Of a DNA stretch of 64,000 nucleotides, positions 53,193-62,431 are shown in pieces (within the stretch, counting starts at the first letter, position 1; every line of letters starts with the position of its first letter). The notes under the pieces are model-generated. The model ran no database searches. It had not been told where the DNA came from and saw only the letters and a program-made list of their open reading frames with translations. The DNA is taken from contig OY762463.1 in assembly GCA_963665815.1 (NCBI GenBank), positions 1,952,001 to 2,016,000 on the forward strand, given 5' to 3'. This DNA is from Candidatus Cloacimonadales bacterium. GTDB lineage: Bacteria; Cloacimonadota; Cloacimonadia; Cloacimonadales; JAIOQZ01. The translations under genes were made by a program, and so were the position numbers.

Positions 53193-55526
53193 ATGTTAAA
53201 GCCTGAGTTATCCATTTCTGTCAGAAATCTGGTCGAATATGTATATCGGTCAGGTCACTATGATGCTACCTATAAAGGACCCTCCAGAGCTTTGGAAGGA
53301 ACCCGGGCACACCAGAAAGTTCAGAAATCCAGACCGGATAACTACACAGCAGAAGTCTCACTGAAACATGTTCATGAAACAGAAAAATTTGATCTTGTTC
53401 TACAGGGGAGAATCGACGGTATTTTCTTTAATGAAAGCAGTATCATACTCGAAGAGATAAAATCGACTTTTCTTCCCTCGGAACACATTACTGATGGTAA
53501 CATTGTCCACTGGGCTCAAGTGTTGCTCTACGCATATGTATACTGTCTCCAGAACAATCTCGAATCTGTAGATGTGTCATTAACCTACTACCAGATTGAT
53601 GAAGAAAAAGAAGTCACCTTCAACAAACTGCAAACATTTGCACAGCTCAAAGACTTTTATAATGAGACGATCAATGAATACCTGAAGTGGGCAGAGATAA
53701 TTGTAAACAACAGAAATAAAAGAGACATAAGCATTGAAAATCTCAATTTTCCGTTTGTATTCAGAGAAGGACAACGAAAGCTTTCTGTATATGTGTATAA
53801 AGCTATTCAGGAAGAGCGGAATCTGTTTCTCGAAGCTCCAACTGGAACAGGAAAAACAATCGGCACCATCTTCCCCACTCTGAAGCATCTCAAGGATAAC
53901 CAGAAAATTTTCTACCTTGCAGCAAAGACCACCGGAAAGAATATAGCTCTTAATACACTTAGAATCCTTTCCGAGAATGGACTGAAGGCAAAGATTCTGC
54001 TATTAACAGCAAAGGATAAAGTTTGTTTTCTTGAAACCACCCAATGCTATCCGGAAAAATGTCCCTATACTATTGATTTCTACACAAAACTGAATGGAGT
54101 TACAAAAAAGCTCCTGGAAAATGATGTACTTACTACCGAACTGATCAGCCAGATTGCCGAGGAAGAGAAGGTCTGCCCTTTTGAGCTGGCACTGGAAGCT
54201 TCCCTCTACTGCGATATTATCATCTGTGACTACAACTATGTGTTTGATCCGGTTGTGTTTCTCAGACGCTTCTTTATGGATTCAGCCAGAAGATATTACT
54301 TCCTGATAGACGAAGCCCATAATCTGGTAGACAGAGCCAGAAGCATGTATTCGTCGGATATCCTGAAATCAGAAGTAATGGATCTGAAAAAACTGATGAA
54401 ACCGATATCTAAAGCTGTTCACAATAAACTGCAGGGAATCAATAAACAGTTATTGCAGATCAGAAAAGACATTGATAATGCAAAGCAGGCATCAATCAAA
54501 GACAAACCGGAAAGTCTGATCAGGAGCATTACAAAGTTCTACAAGGAATGCGAAGCCTGGTTAGCAGAGAATCAGGAATCTGAATTTAAGAATGATGTTC
54601 TGGAGTTTTTCTTCAAGTGCAATAACTTCCTGAAAATCAGTGAGATTTACGGTGATAACTACACAACATTGATAACCAATTCGAGTAGAGAACTCCGTCT
54701 GGAGCTGTTCTGCATCGATCCTGCCAGACATCTTGCTGAGTGCCTTAAAAAATCCATATCAGCAGTATTCTTCTCTGCTACCTTCCGACCTGTACAGTAT
54801 TACAGGGATCTGCTTGGCGGCACAGAAGAAGACTGGATGCTTTATCTGGATTCTCCTTTCCCACGTGAGAGCACCTCAGTATTAATATCATCATATGTGA
54901 ATACCAGATATCTGGTTAGAGATTCAAGTTACAAACACATTGCAGAAGTGATACAATCAGCTTACAAGAGCAAAGAAGGGAACTATCTTGTGTTTTTCCC
55001 ATCATACGAGTACTTGCAGAATGTTCTGACCGAGCTTGAGCCTTTACCTGATAACTTTGTTATACAGGAAAGGGATATGTCTGAGGATGAGAGAACTGAT
55101 TTTATTGAAAGATTTGAGCAGAAGCAGAACCAGATTGGTTTTGCAGTGATGGGTGGAGCTTTCGGAGAAGGAATTGACCTGACAGGAGACACACTGATAG
55201 GTGCAATTGTGATTGGGGTAGGATTACCCCAGATAAGCTATAAGAAAAACATAATAAAGGAATACTATAACGAACAGGAAGCTGATGGATTTCTGTATTC
55301 CTACTTATACCCGGGAATGAACAGAGTTCTGCAGGCTGCCGGACGTGTAATCCGAACCATGAATGATAAAGGCACAATAATTCTTTTGGACGATCGTTTT
55401 CTGACAATGAGATACAGAAATCTGTTCCCGGAAACCTGGAAGCACTATAAAGTATTCAGAAATATTGACAGCTTTGAAACAGAATGTACAGAATTCTGGG
55501 AATCGAAGAACGAGGAGGAAGAATGA
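53193..55526 (+). CDS. DinG/Rad3-family Fe-S helicase with an N-terminal PD-(D/E)XK (Cas4-like) nuclease domain
   Basis: GTRAH, GRIDG..EEIKST, Q..LY nuclease motifs; APTGTGKT, Fe-S cysteines, DEAH, FFPSY, EGIDL, QAAGRVIR. Confidence 0.9.
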   Translation: MLKPELSISVRNLVEYVYRSGHYDATYKGPSRALEGTRAHQKVQKSRPDNYTAEVSLKHVHETEKFDLVLQGRIDGIFFNESSIILEEIKSTFLPSEHITDGNIVHWAQVLLYAYVYCLQNNLESVDVSLTYYQIDEEKEVTFNKLQTFAQLKDFYNETINEYLKWAEIIVNNRNKRDISIENLNFPFVFREGQRKLSVYVYKAIQEERNLFLEAPTGTGKTIGTIFPTLKHLKDNQKIFYLAAKTTGKNIALNTLRILSENGLKAKILLLTAKDKVCFLETTQCYPEKCPYTIDFYTKLNGVTKKLLENDVLTTELISQIAEEEKVCPFELALEASLYCDIIICDYNYVFDPVVFLRRFFMDSARRYYFLIDEAHNLVDRARSMYSSDILKSEVMDLKKLMKPISKAVHNKLQGINKQLLQIRKDIDNAKQASIKDKPESLIRSITKFYKECEAWLAENQESEFKNDVLEFFFKCNNFLKISEIYGDNYTTLITNSSRELRLELFCIDPARHLAECLKKSISAVFFSATFRPVQYYRDLLGGTEEDWMLYLDSPFPRESTSVLISSYVNTRYLVRDSSYKHIAEVIQSAYKSKEGNYLVFFPSYEYLQNVLTELEPLPDNFVIQERDMSEDERTDFIERFEQKQNQIGFAVMGGAFGEGIDLTGDTLIGAIVIGVGLPQISYKKNIIKEYYNEQEADGFLYSYLYPGMNRVLQAAGRVIRTMNDKGTIILLDDRFLTMRYRNLFPETWKHYKVFRNIDSFETECTEFWESKNEEEE

Positions 55527-55915
55527 TTAAGCAAGTTATAAATATTCGTACTGACCGAAAAGACCAGATGAAGAATATCACAAGTCATTTACGTGATTTC
55601 ATCCGAGAGAACGGTATTGAAGAAGGCAGATTGACTGTGTTTGTTCCACATACAACTGCTGCCGTGACGATAAACGAGAATGCTGACCCTACAGTTCAGT
55701 CTGACATGCTGTACTCTCTGGACAAGATTTCTCCGGACTATCCTGCATTCCGCCATATGGAAGGCAACTCCGATGCACATGTAAAAAGCTCATTGATTGG
55801 CTGTTCTCAGGATGTATTTGTGTTTGATGGAAGCCTGATGCTGGGAACCTGGCAGGGAGTATATTTCTGTGAGTTTGACGGACCGAGATCCAGAAAGTTC
55901 TATATTGTCGGATGA
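55523..55915 (+). CDS. yjbQ: YjbQ (UPF0047) family protein
   Basis: HTTAAVTINENADP, EGNSDAH, LGTWQGVYFCEFDGPR; ATGA overlap with the helicase stop. Confidence 0.93.
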   Translation: MIKQVINIRTDRKDQMKNITSHLRDFIRENGIEEGRLTVFVPHTTAAVTINENADPTVQSDMLYSLDKISPDYPAFRHMEGNSDAHVKSSLIGCSQDVFVFDGSLMLGTWQGVYFCEFDGPRSRKFYIVG

Positions 55916-55974
55916 TTTTGAGTAGTAATTATTGTTCATCTTCGCATTTACCTGCTGAAGGATTCCATGCAAAT

Positions 55975-56123
55975 CACCTTCGGAATGGTTGAAAACCTTC
56001 CGAATGGTGTGACTGGTAATGCTGATAATATAAAATCGGAAACTTAATGCACACCATGAGACACAAGATGTTGTGTCTCTACAATTATTGGAAGACAATG
56101 TGACGTTAAAACGTCACTCCCAT
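55975..56123. repeat. Cluster of REP-like palindromes (spacer A)
   Basis: CACCTTCGGAATGGTT-gaa-AACCTTCCGAATGGTG (55975-56009); GAGACACAAGATGTTGTGTCTCTAC (56058-56082); GTGACGTTAAAACGTCAC (near 56100). Confidence 0.75.
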
Positions 56124-56258
56124 GGGGGGACTGCTTCATCTGTACAAAATATAATTTTGAACTTTGATAAAGAAGGATAATAATCCCATGAACAATTTTC
56201 TTGACCATTTGCCGTTAATGAGCTCAATTTTACTATATTATGGAGTAAGGAGACAGGA

Positions 56259-57205
56259 TTGTACGTAGGAAATAACGTAACGAATTTACAGGAAGACCAT
56301 TATTATCCACTGAGCAGGTTTGGAATGAGACTTGGAGGATTATCCTCTACCAATGGAGATAAATCCAATAAATTCATTTACAACGGAAAAGAATTTGAAG
56401 ATGAGAATAATGTACCTCCTATGGTCTTCGAACTGACGTTCTATAGACTTCGGAGTGGAGACTCTCGCCTGCGGCTACGAGCTCTTTTTTGGAGACTTTC
56501 GGGCTTTACCCTGCAAGCTCGTAGCTACCACTACGGAGTGCGTTATTACGACCCACAGCTTGGGCGCTGGCACGCTATAGACCCGGCTGAGGAATTCTTT
56601 AGCCCTTACAATTATTGTGCTAACAATCCTATTATGTTTGTTGACCCGGATGGGGCTATGTCAACTGCTGCTTTACCTTTAGCAGCTTTTGAGATCGGTT
56701 TAGGTTCAACTGCAGCAGCAGGGGCTGGCCTTATAGTGATTTTTGGTATTTCTTTTTATGTAACAGACTGTATTATGGATGAAATTCAAGAAAAGAATTT
56801 GCGGAAGCCCAAGCAGAAGAAAATAATAAAGGAGTTGCTTTTATTCATGCTTGTAAGTTAGAGGGACAATCCACTCCTCATGTTTCAATTGAAATTTGGG
56901 GACTGAATTCGGAGCTTTCGGTTGATGATTCCAAAAATACCTATGTACAAATTGTAAAAAACCACAACTTGGAGATAAGAAAGTTGACTATATTGGAACA
57001 ATTCCAGTTGTTGTTAACAATCCAGTAGCTCTATCTGAATATCAGTCAAGCACTCTATATCAATCAAGAGGACAATGGAATTCTGGAAATAATTGTCTAA
57101 CTTATGTTATGGAAGTTTATAAATGCAGGTGGTTCTAACTACAAAAGCAGAAAGATAACAAAAGATCTAAAAATGAATAACAAAAAAATGAATCCAACAT
57201 GGTAA
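56259..57205 (+). pseudogene. Orphan RHS core plus papain-fold-like toxin tip, triply frameshifted (cassette 1)
   Basis: [41 protein letters not shown]; shifts near 56794, 56961 and 57118 restore ...PHVSIEI...GNNCLTYVMEVINAGG...W* ending at TAA 57203-57205. Confidence 0.75.
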
Positions 57206-57227
57206 AACAAGAGAGAAGGAGATAAAT

Positions 57228-57554
57228 ATGCCACCAACAAAGTGCTCAAAACATGGCAAAACCTTTGCAATTTCCTTGTGCAAGCATGTAGAACAAGCTT
57301 TAAATAAGGATATTCCTATTGACATTGTTCATGTATGCATTGATTTTTTTGAGGAATATATGTGTCTCTCGTGCTTTGAACTTTATAAAGATTGTAATAC
57401 ATTGGAAGATATTGAAAAAGTTGCCACAAAAGATTCTTGGAATGCCAAGTGTGTCGACTGTTTCAGAGAATATCTTGCCAGTCATAATATTATTCCTCTA
57501 AAACATTTTGTTAATACTTTTTTTGGTGAGGAATGTTCGTTTCTTACAGGCTAA
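57228..57554 (+). CDS. Cys/His-rich putative immunity protein (cassette 1)
   Basis: AGGAG RBS; CxxHG, CxH, CxxC, CxxC; directly after the toxin tip. Confidence 0.65.
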   Translation: MPPTKCSKHGKTFAISLCKHVEQALNKDIPIDIVHVCIDFFEEYMCLSCFELYKDCNTLEDIEKVATKDSWNAKCVDCFREYLASHNIIPLKHFVNTFFGEECSFLTG

Positions 57555-57572
57555 TCTATGATTTATATACAT

Positions 57573-58258
57573 CAAGCCAGAAACAAGTTTTCTGGCTTGT
57601 TCTGTTTGAACCTTGATTTTCATGATTGAAGTATTGCTCACCTGAACACCTTCCAAATGGTTAAAGACCTTTTGAATGGTGTGACTAACTGCTGTTTTTT
57701 GGTGAAATTAATACTGTGAAGTACCCCCTTCAACGAATAGGAATAGTACATCCTACGTTGTTTGTAGGGAACAAATATATTTGTTCAGAATTTTAAACCC
57801 TCTGTCTCGTAAACTCGACATCTCTACCAGACTGTGTAAAAACGGGTTGTGATAGAAAACTAATCCTTATTTTTGTCGCAGATTTCGACTCCGCTCAATC
57901 AACTTAATCTGTTATAATCAATAGAGTTATAAGTTTCCTGAGTCCCGATAAAGTCGGAAAAGGGAATATGATGTGAACAAAAGAAACGACAATAATTACG
58001 TTTTTACACAGTCTGTCCGTAGATGTTTCTGTTAGAACACCTCCATAGATGCATTAGGGAGAACTTTGTCTGTACGAGCTTGTACAGTTCTGATATACGC
58101 GTAGAGACAAACGGCCGTTTGTCTCAGAATTAGACGTTGCATGCAACGTCTCTACAGAGACTAGAATCAGGATTTACCTGAGTAAATCGACTATGCCTAT
58201 TTCACATTGACATTCCAAGCCCCCCATTCGCAAGGACAGGTCCATTGCGAAGGGGGCT
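57573..58258. repeat. Ordered mosaic of REP-like palindromes (spacer B)
   Basis: Hairpins at 57573-57599, 57647-57681, 57764-57786 (GTAGGGAACAA...TTGTTC), 58101-58125 (GTAGAGACAAACGGCCGTTTGTCTC), 58132-58155 (AGACGTTGCATGCAACGTCTCTAC) and 58218-58258. Confidence 0.85.
57828..58015. mobile_element. MITE, 188 bp, with perfect 17-bp TIRs
   Basis: CAGACTGTGTAAAAACG / CGTTTTTACACAGTCTG; absent from the homologous site at 63221-63241. Confidence 0.8.
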
Positions 58259-58399
58259 ATATATGGGGGTACTGCTTTAGCTGTACAAAATATAATGTTG
58301 AACTTTTATAAAGAAGGATTGTAATCTCAAGAATAATTTTCTTGACCTTTTGCCACTAATGGGCTCAATTTAGCGATAAAATGGAGTAAGGAGGTAGGA

Positions 58400-59287
58400 T
58401 TGAACGTAGGAAATAACGTAACGAATTTACAGGAAGACCATTATTATCCACTGAGCAGGTTTGGAATGAGACTTGGAGGATTATCCTCTACCAATGGAGA
58501 TAAATCCAATAAATTCATTTACAACGGAAAAGAATTTGAAGATGAGAATAATGTACCTCCTATGGTTCTCGGATTCAAATCCTACGAACTTCGGAGTGGA
58601 GACTCTCGCCTGCGGCTACGAGCTCTTTTTTGGAGACTTTCGGGCTTTACCCTGCAAGCTCGTAGCTACCACTACGGAGTGCGTTATTACGACCCACAGC
58701 TTGGGCGTTGGCATTCCATAGATCCTGCTGATGAGTTCTTTAGCCCTTATGTGTATTGCCACAACGACCCAGTGAACTTTGTTGATCCGGATGGGGCGGA
58801 AAGAGAAAGTAAATACAATGTGAATGATTTCTCAGCACAAGACATAGCTGATCTACTCAAAAACAATGGATATGAGGAAACAAAGAAAAAATTTGGAGAA
58901 GTTACAAGTTATTCAATAGTTGCTTTATTGGTTGCAGTATGGAGGGAAACTCACAACAAACGTTATTCAGAATTTCTAACTTGTGATATAGAACCAGAAG
59001 AAAAACTCTATTCTCTTCAGAAACACAATACTACTGATGATGCAAGTAAGAAATCTGCTGATACAGGGAATGGTATGTGGAAAGCATATGCAATAATGTT
59101 TGTATCTGGAGTTGTAGGAGGAATATCTTATGGCTTGCAATGGGTTGGACTTATTACTACAGGAGGGAATGTTGCTGTTGATTCAAAATCAGCTGTGGAT
59201 TTAGCAAAGGATAATGATGACAAGCTGGAAGAAGCTGCAGATATTTATAATGAAGAAAGAGGATACTATGATGATGATGAAGATTAA
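58400..59287 (+). CDS. Orphan RHS core plus toxin tip with a hydrophobic Gly-rich segment (cassette 2)
   Basis: Same core as cassette 1 up to DPDG (ends 58795); tip contains [31 protein letters not shown] start after GGAGTAAGGAG. Confidence 0.75.
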   Translation: MNVGNNVTNLQEDHYYPLSRFGMRLGGLSSTNGDKSNKFIYNGKEFEDENNVPPMVLGFKSYELRSGDSRLRLRALFWRLSGFTLQARSYHYGVRYYDPQLGRWHSIDPADEFFSPYVYCHNDPVNFVDPDGAERESKYNVNDFSAQDIADLLKNNGYEETKKKFGEVTSYSIVALLVAVWRETHNKRYSEFLTCDIEPEEKLYSLQKHNTTDDASKKSADTGNGMWKAYAIMFVSGVVGGISYGLQWVGLITTGGNVAVDSKSAVDLAKDNDDKLEEAADIYNEERGYYDDDED

Positions 59288-60176
59288 TTTATTCGCAATT
59301 TGTTTTATATGCTTTTTATGTAATATATCTAGTTTGGGCTGTCAGGTGACTGATAAAGAAAAAAGATGTAAGGAGCTTGAAGCAAGATTTGATAGTGTTA
59401 ACACAATACATGATTACAATTATGTATTGGATAATGAAGCTGATATTGAATGGTTAGTAGAGAATTCAGATAATTTTCAAGTCAGAAACTTTTATGCTGT
59501 GAGACTTCTAGAAGCTAATTTCATAATGAAAAATTATAATAAATCGTTACAATTTGTAGAGATATTGTTAAATGATCTACCATTTGAAGAATTTGAACAA
59601 TATCAGCTTAAAACTAAGTTTATAATTGACTATAGACTGAACTCAGCTATCAATAACGAACTTTTGAATAAGTTGGAATTGAATAATATAACAACATTAG
59701 ACAATATAATTTTTGCATTACATATTAATAGGCTAATCAATTCAGATTTTAATCCCGTTAATTTCTTGGAAAAGTACAATATAGAGATTAATTATCCGCC
59801 ATATCAAGCAGTCTACATCTATCTATACTTAGCTAGTCGTGCAATTGAGACTAATGATTATTTAAGTGCAAAAGAAAATTTAGTTCTTGCAGAGAAAAAA
59901 ATTGAATCCATGGCTAATATTTCTGAAGCAAGCAGAAATGTTTATTTTGTTAAACTTATACTATGGAAAAGTATTGTTGCCTATAAGGAAAACAGAATTG
60001 AAGATGCTAAGCAATTTTATTCAAATGCAATAGAATTGAGCAAAACAATTTGCATGATAAAGACAAGTACTATTGATCACCTGCTTGATTTCTATACAAT
60101 TGTTGAAGTTAATAATGAATTTAAAGATATAATCAGAGAGCTTGATAAGTCATACAGGAAAGAACAGAAAAAGTAG
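59268..60176 (+). CDS. Putative exported helical/TPR-like immunity protein (cassette 2)
   Basis: Start in the ATG run 59268-59279 overlapping the toxin 3' end; signal peptide ending SLGC; helical repeats. Confidence 0.6.
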   Translation: MMMMKINLFAICFICFLCNISSLGCQVTDKEKRCKELEARFDSVNTIHDYNYVLDNEADIEWLVENSDNFQVRNFYAVRLLEANFIMKNYNKSLQFVEILLNDLPFEEFEQYQLKTKFIIDYRLNSAINNELLNKLELNNITTLDNIIFALHINRLINSDFNPVNFLEKYNIEINYPPYQAVYIYLYLASRAIETNDYLSAKENLVLAEKKIESMANISEASRNVYFVKLILWKSIVAYKENRIEDAKQFYSNAIELSKTICMIKTSTIDHLLDFYTIVEVNNEFKDIIRELDKSYRKEQKK

Positions 60177-60351
60177 TTCAGCTACTGTAAATAATACTAC
60201 GCCAGAAACATGTTTTCTGGCTTATTTTTCCGTGTCCTTTAGTGTATTCCATGTTTGAATCCTAATGGGATTGTAATCCCATGAACAATTTCCTTGACCA
60301 TTTGCCGCTAATGAGCTCAATTTTGCTACATTATGGAGTAAGGAGACAGGA

Positions 60352-61356
60352 TTGTATCTGGGAAACACAGCTTTAATAGTGCAAGAAGACCATTATTATC
60401 CACTGAGCAGCTTTGGAATGAGACTTGGTGGTATCTCCTCTGATACCGGGCAGGAAAACAAGTTCCTCTACAACGGAAAAGAATTTGAAGATGAGAATAA
60501 TGTACCTCCTATGGTCTTCGAACTGACGTTCTATAGACTTCGGAGTGGAGACTCTCGCCTGCGGCTACGAGCTCTTTTTTGGAGACTTTCGGGCTATGCC
60601 TTGCAAGATCGTAGCTACCACTACGGAGTGCGTTATTACGACCCACAGCTTGGTTCTGGGAGACTTTCGGGCTATGCCTTGCAAGCTCATTGCTGGATGG
60701 CAGTTGACCCGGCTGATGAGTTCTTTAGTCCTTATGTGTATTGCCATAACGACCCGGTTAATTTTGTTGATCCGGATGGCAGAATAGTACGAGTAAACCA
60801 AGATTTTGCCCAAACCAGAACATACAAACTTTATTCAAGTACTGAAGGAGGAAAAGCCCAATTAGCACAATTCCAAGCTGGAGGTAAATATGAACATCAT
60901 GTACTTGAAATTGGTTACAAAAGGAAAATGTGGTCTTCAGGTTCTCAAAGCTCAGGTACATATAATTCACAGGGAGTTTTTGTCAAAGCTGATGTCGGAG
61001 TTCCATTTGGTGAAAGAAGCATAGTGTTTAAAATTAATATTAATAAAGAAATGAACGAACGCACCGAACAGCGTTCAAAGTGTGATTATAGAGTGGCTTC
61101 AATGGTTGAAACAGTTAGCCATGAAGTCGACCACTCTATTGACGAAGCCAATGCAGGTTATAATCTACCTTTTAGAGAAGGTGAAAACAAAGTGTCAGAG
61201 TATAATTCTGTTCATAACAGAATGAATATTATTCTTGATGTTTTTATAATGTTGGGAACAACAGATTTCTATCCTGAACCAGATAAAGCAGCTTACGAAA
61301 TTGCAACCGATCACTTGAATCATAATGAGGATGTTTACAATGAAACAAAACCTTAA
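60352..61356 (+). CDS. Orphan RHS core plus HExxH metallopeptidase-like toxin tip (cassette 3)
   Basis: Core ends at DPDG (60780); tip has ETVSHEVDH and a downstream E...YNS; TTG start after GGAGTAAGGAG. Confidence 0.75.
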   Translation: MYLGNTALIVQEDHYYPLSSFGMRLGGISSDTGQENKFLYNGKEFEDENNVPPMVFELTFYRLRSGDSRLRLRALFWRLSGYALQDRSYHYGVRYYDPQLGSGRLSGYALQAHCWMAVDPADEFFSPYVYCHNDPVNFVDPDGRIVRVNQDFAQTRTYKLYSSTEGGKAQLAQFQAGGKYEHHVLEIGYKRKMWSSGSQSSGTYNSQGVFVKADVGVPFGERSIVFKININKEMNERTEQRSKCDYRVASMVETVSHEVDHSIDEANAGYNLPFREGENKVSEYNSVHNRMNIILDVFIMLGTTDFYPEPDKAAYEIATDHLNHNEDVYNETKP

Positions 61357-62092
61357 AATTTTCTTTTTTGCCTGTATTTTGTGTAGCTTTTTACCATTAT
61401 GCTGTCAAGAGTTCTTAGTGTACAACTTTGATTCAGATATAAGTGATTGCTATTATTTTGAGAGATGGAAACTCCTACATAACATTAGTGATGATGACGC
61501 TGATATTAAACATAAGAAGATAAATGAAGTTAACTCAAAGTACTTAGGATATGGAAAAGAATTCTACTCTAAGTTGACATCTGGGAGAAAAGGTGTTTCA
61601 AAAACAATATTCGAAACTAAGGATGAAAAAATATCCGGAAAAAACTATGTTCGATACTCAAAAGCATGGTCTTGCTCTGACAGTCAGATTCCTTTTACAT
61701 TTGAAGGAAACAGAATTAGGTGTAGAATAGGAAAATCACCTTTCTTTAGTAGACCTTTTTTTGTTTCAAAAGATTTTGAGAGTTTGGTTTCTTACTTTTT
61801 TTCGACAACTCATGATTCTCTTTTAATTTTTAAAGACAATGAATGGATTACATTGTTCTCAAAAAGCGAAACTAATTCTTGCTTAGAAAATATATTTGGG
61901 AAAATTTATCATTTGGGCTCGTATTCGAAAAAGAATTTTTTTGATTATGTTTACTCAGATATTGATGAGTTTCTAGTTATCTCAAACTTAAATGGTTATT
62001 TGACATTTAGTCTTGTATGGTTTAATGAAAGGTGGGAGATTCTGAGAATTGAGTCTTCAGATAATCAATTCGGTGTCTTGAGAATCCCATAA
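61340..62092 (+). CDS. Putative exported immunity protein (cassette 3)
   Basis: Overlaps the toxin stop; signal peptide MKQNLKIFFFACILCSFLPLCC. Confidence 0.6.
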   Translation: MKQNLKIFFFACILCSFLPLCCQEFLVYNFDSDISDCYYFERWKLLHNISDDDADIKHKKINEVNSKYLGYGKEFYSKLTSGRKGVSKTIFETKDEKISGKNYVRYSKAWSCSDSQIPFTFEGNRIRCRIGKSPFFSRPFFVSKDFESLVSYFFSTTHDSLLIFKDNEWITLFSKSETNSCLENIFGKIYHLGSYSKKNFFDYVYSDIDEFLVISNLNGYLTFSLVWFNERWEILRIESSDNQFGVLRIP

Positions 62093-62137
62093 CTAAGTAT
62101 TGTAAGCCGACTCTATTTACGTTTATGTCCATTTTTC

Positions 62138-62168
62138 TGTAGCCTTTCTGTAAAATAGAAAGGCTACA
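62138..62168. terminator. Hairpin after the cassette 3 immunity gene
   Basis: TGTAGCCTTTCT-gtaaaat-AGAAAGGCTACA. Confidence 0.65.
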
Positions 62169-62256
62169 ATTATAATTCTAGGAATATTTCTCCTCCTATT
62201 GAGTCTACCCCATATTTTGTACTAAGTCTAAGTTTGGTAAGTTTGAGTTATTCTGA

Positions 62257-62430
62257 TTAATTTTATTTTCATATATCAAGAGATATTCCATTGGTAATAT
62301 CATAACAAAGAAAAGCTGTCAAACCAGTGTATCAGCAGCTTTACGAGAAATTGATGGTTTTAAAGATATTTCTCATAAAGTATTGCCAGCTAGTCTGGGA
62401 AGACAATTATCCAAAAAAGAAGGAGTGTAA
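62257..62430 (+). pseudogene. Remnant 3' end of a toxin tip (cassette 4)
   Basis: Open frame without a start: ...RYSIGNIITKKSCQTSVSAALREIDGFKDISHKVLPASLGRQLSKKEGV*; its end carries the AGGAG RBS of the next gene. Confidence 0.5.
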
Positions 62431-62431
62431 A

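Noticed and set aside
56197-56215. CTT GAC CAT TTG read as a remnant of the RHS DHLG motif
   Set aside because: Out of frame with the core and not followed by Gly; may be coincidence with a TTGACC -35-like box; left unresolved
56415-56525. Intein or self-splicing intron in the RHS core
   Set aside because: Far too short, and lacks intein terminal residues and group I/II core motifs; RNA-level removal cannot be excluded without data
53193-58258. CRISPR-like system (Cas4-like nuclease-DinG helicase next to repeats)
   Set aside because: The repeats are heterogeneous palindromes without a constant repeat-spacer period, there are no cas1/cas2/cas7-like genes, and nuclease-DinG fusions are common standalone genes
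56259-60780. Diversity-generating retroelement TR/VR pair among the RHS core copies
   Set aside because: Differences are not adenine-specific but compensatory or block-like, and no reverse transcriptase is present
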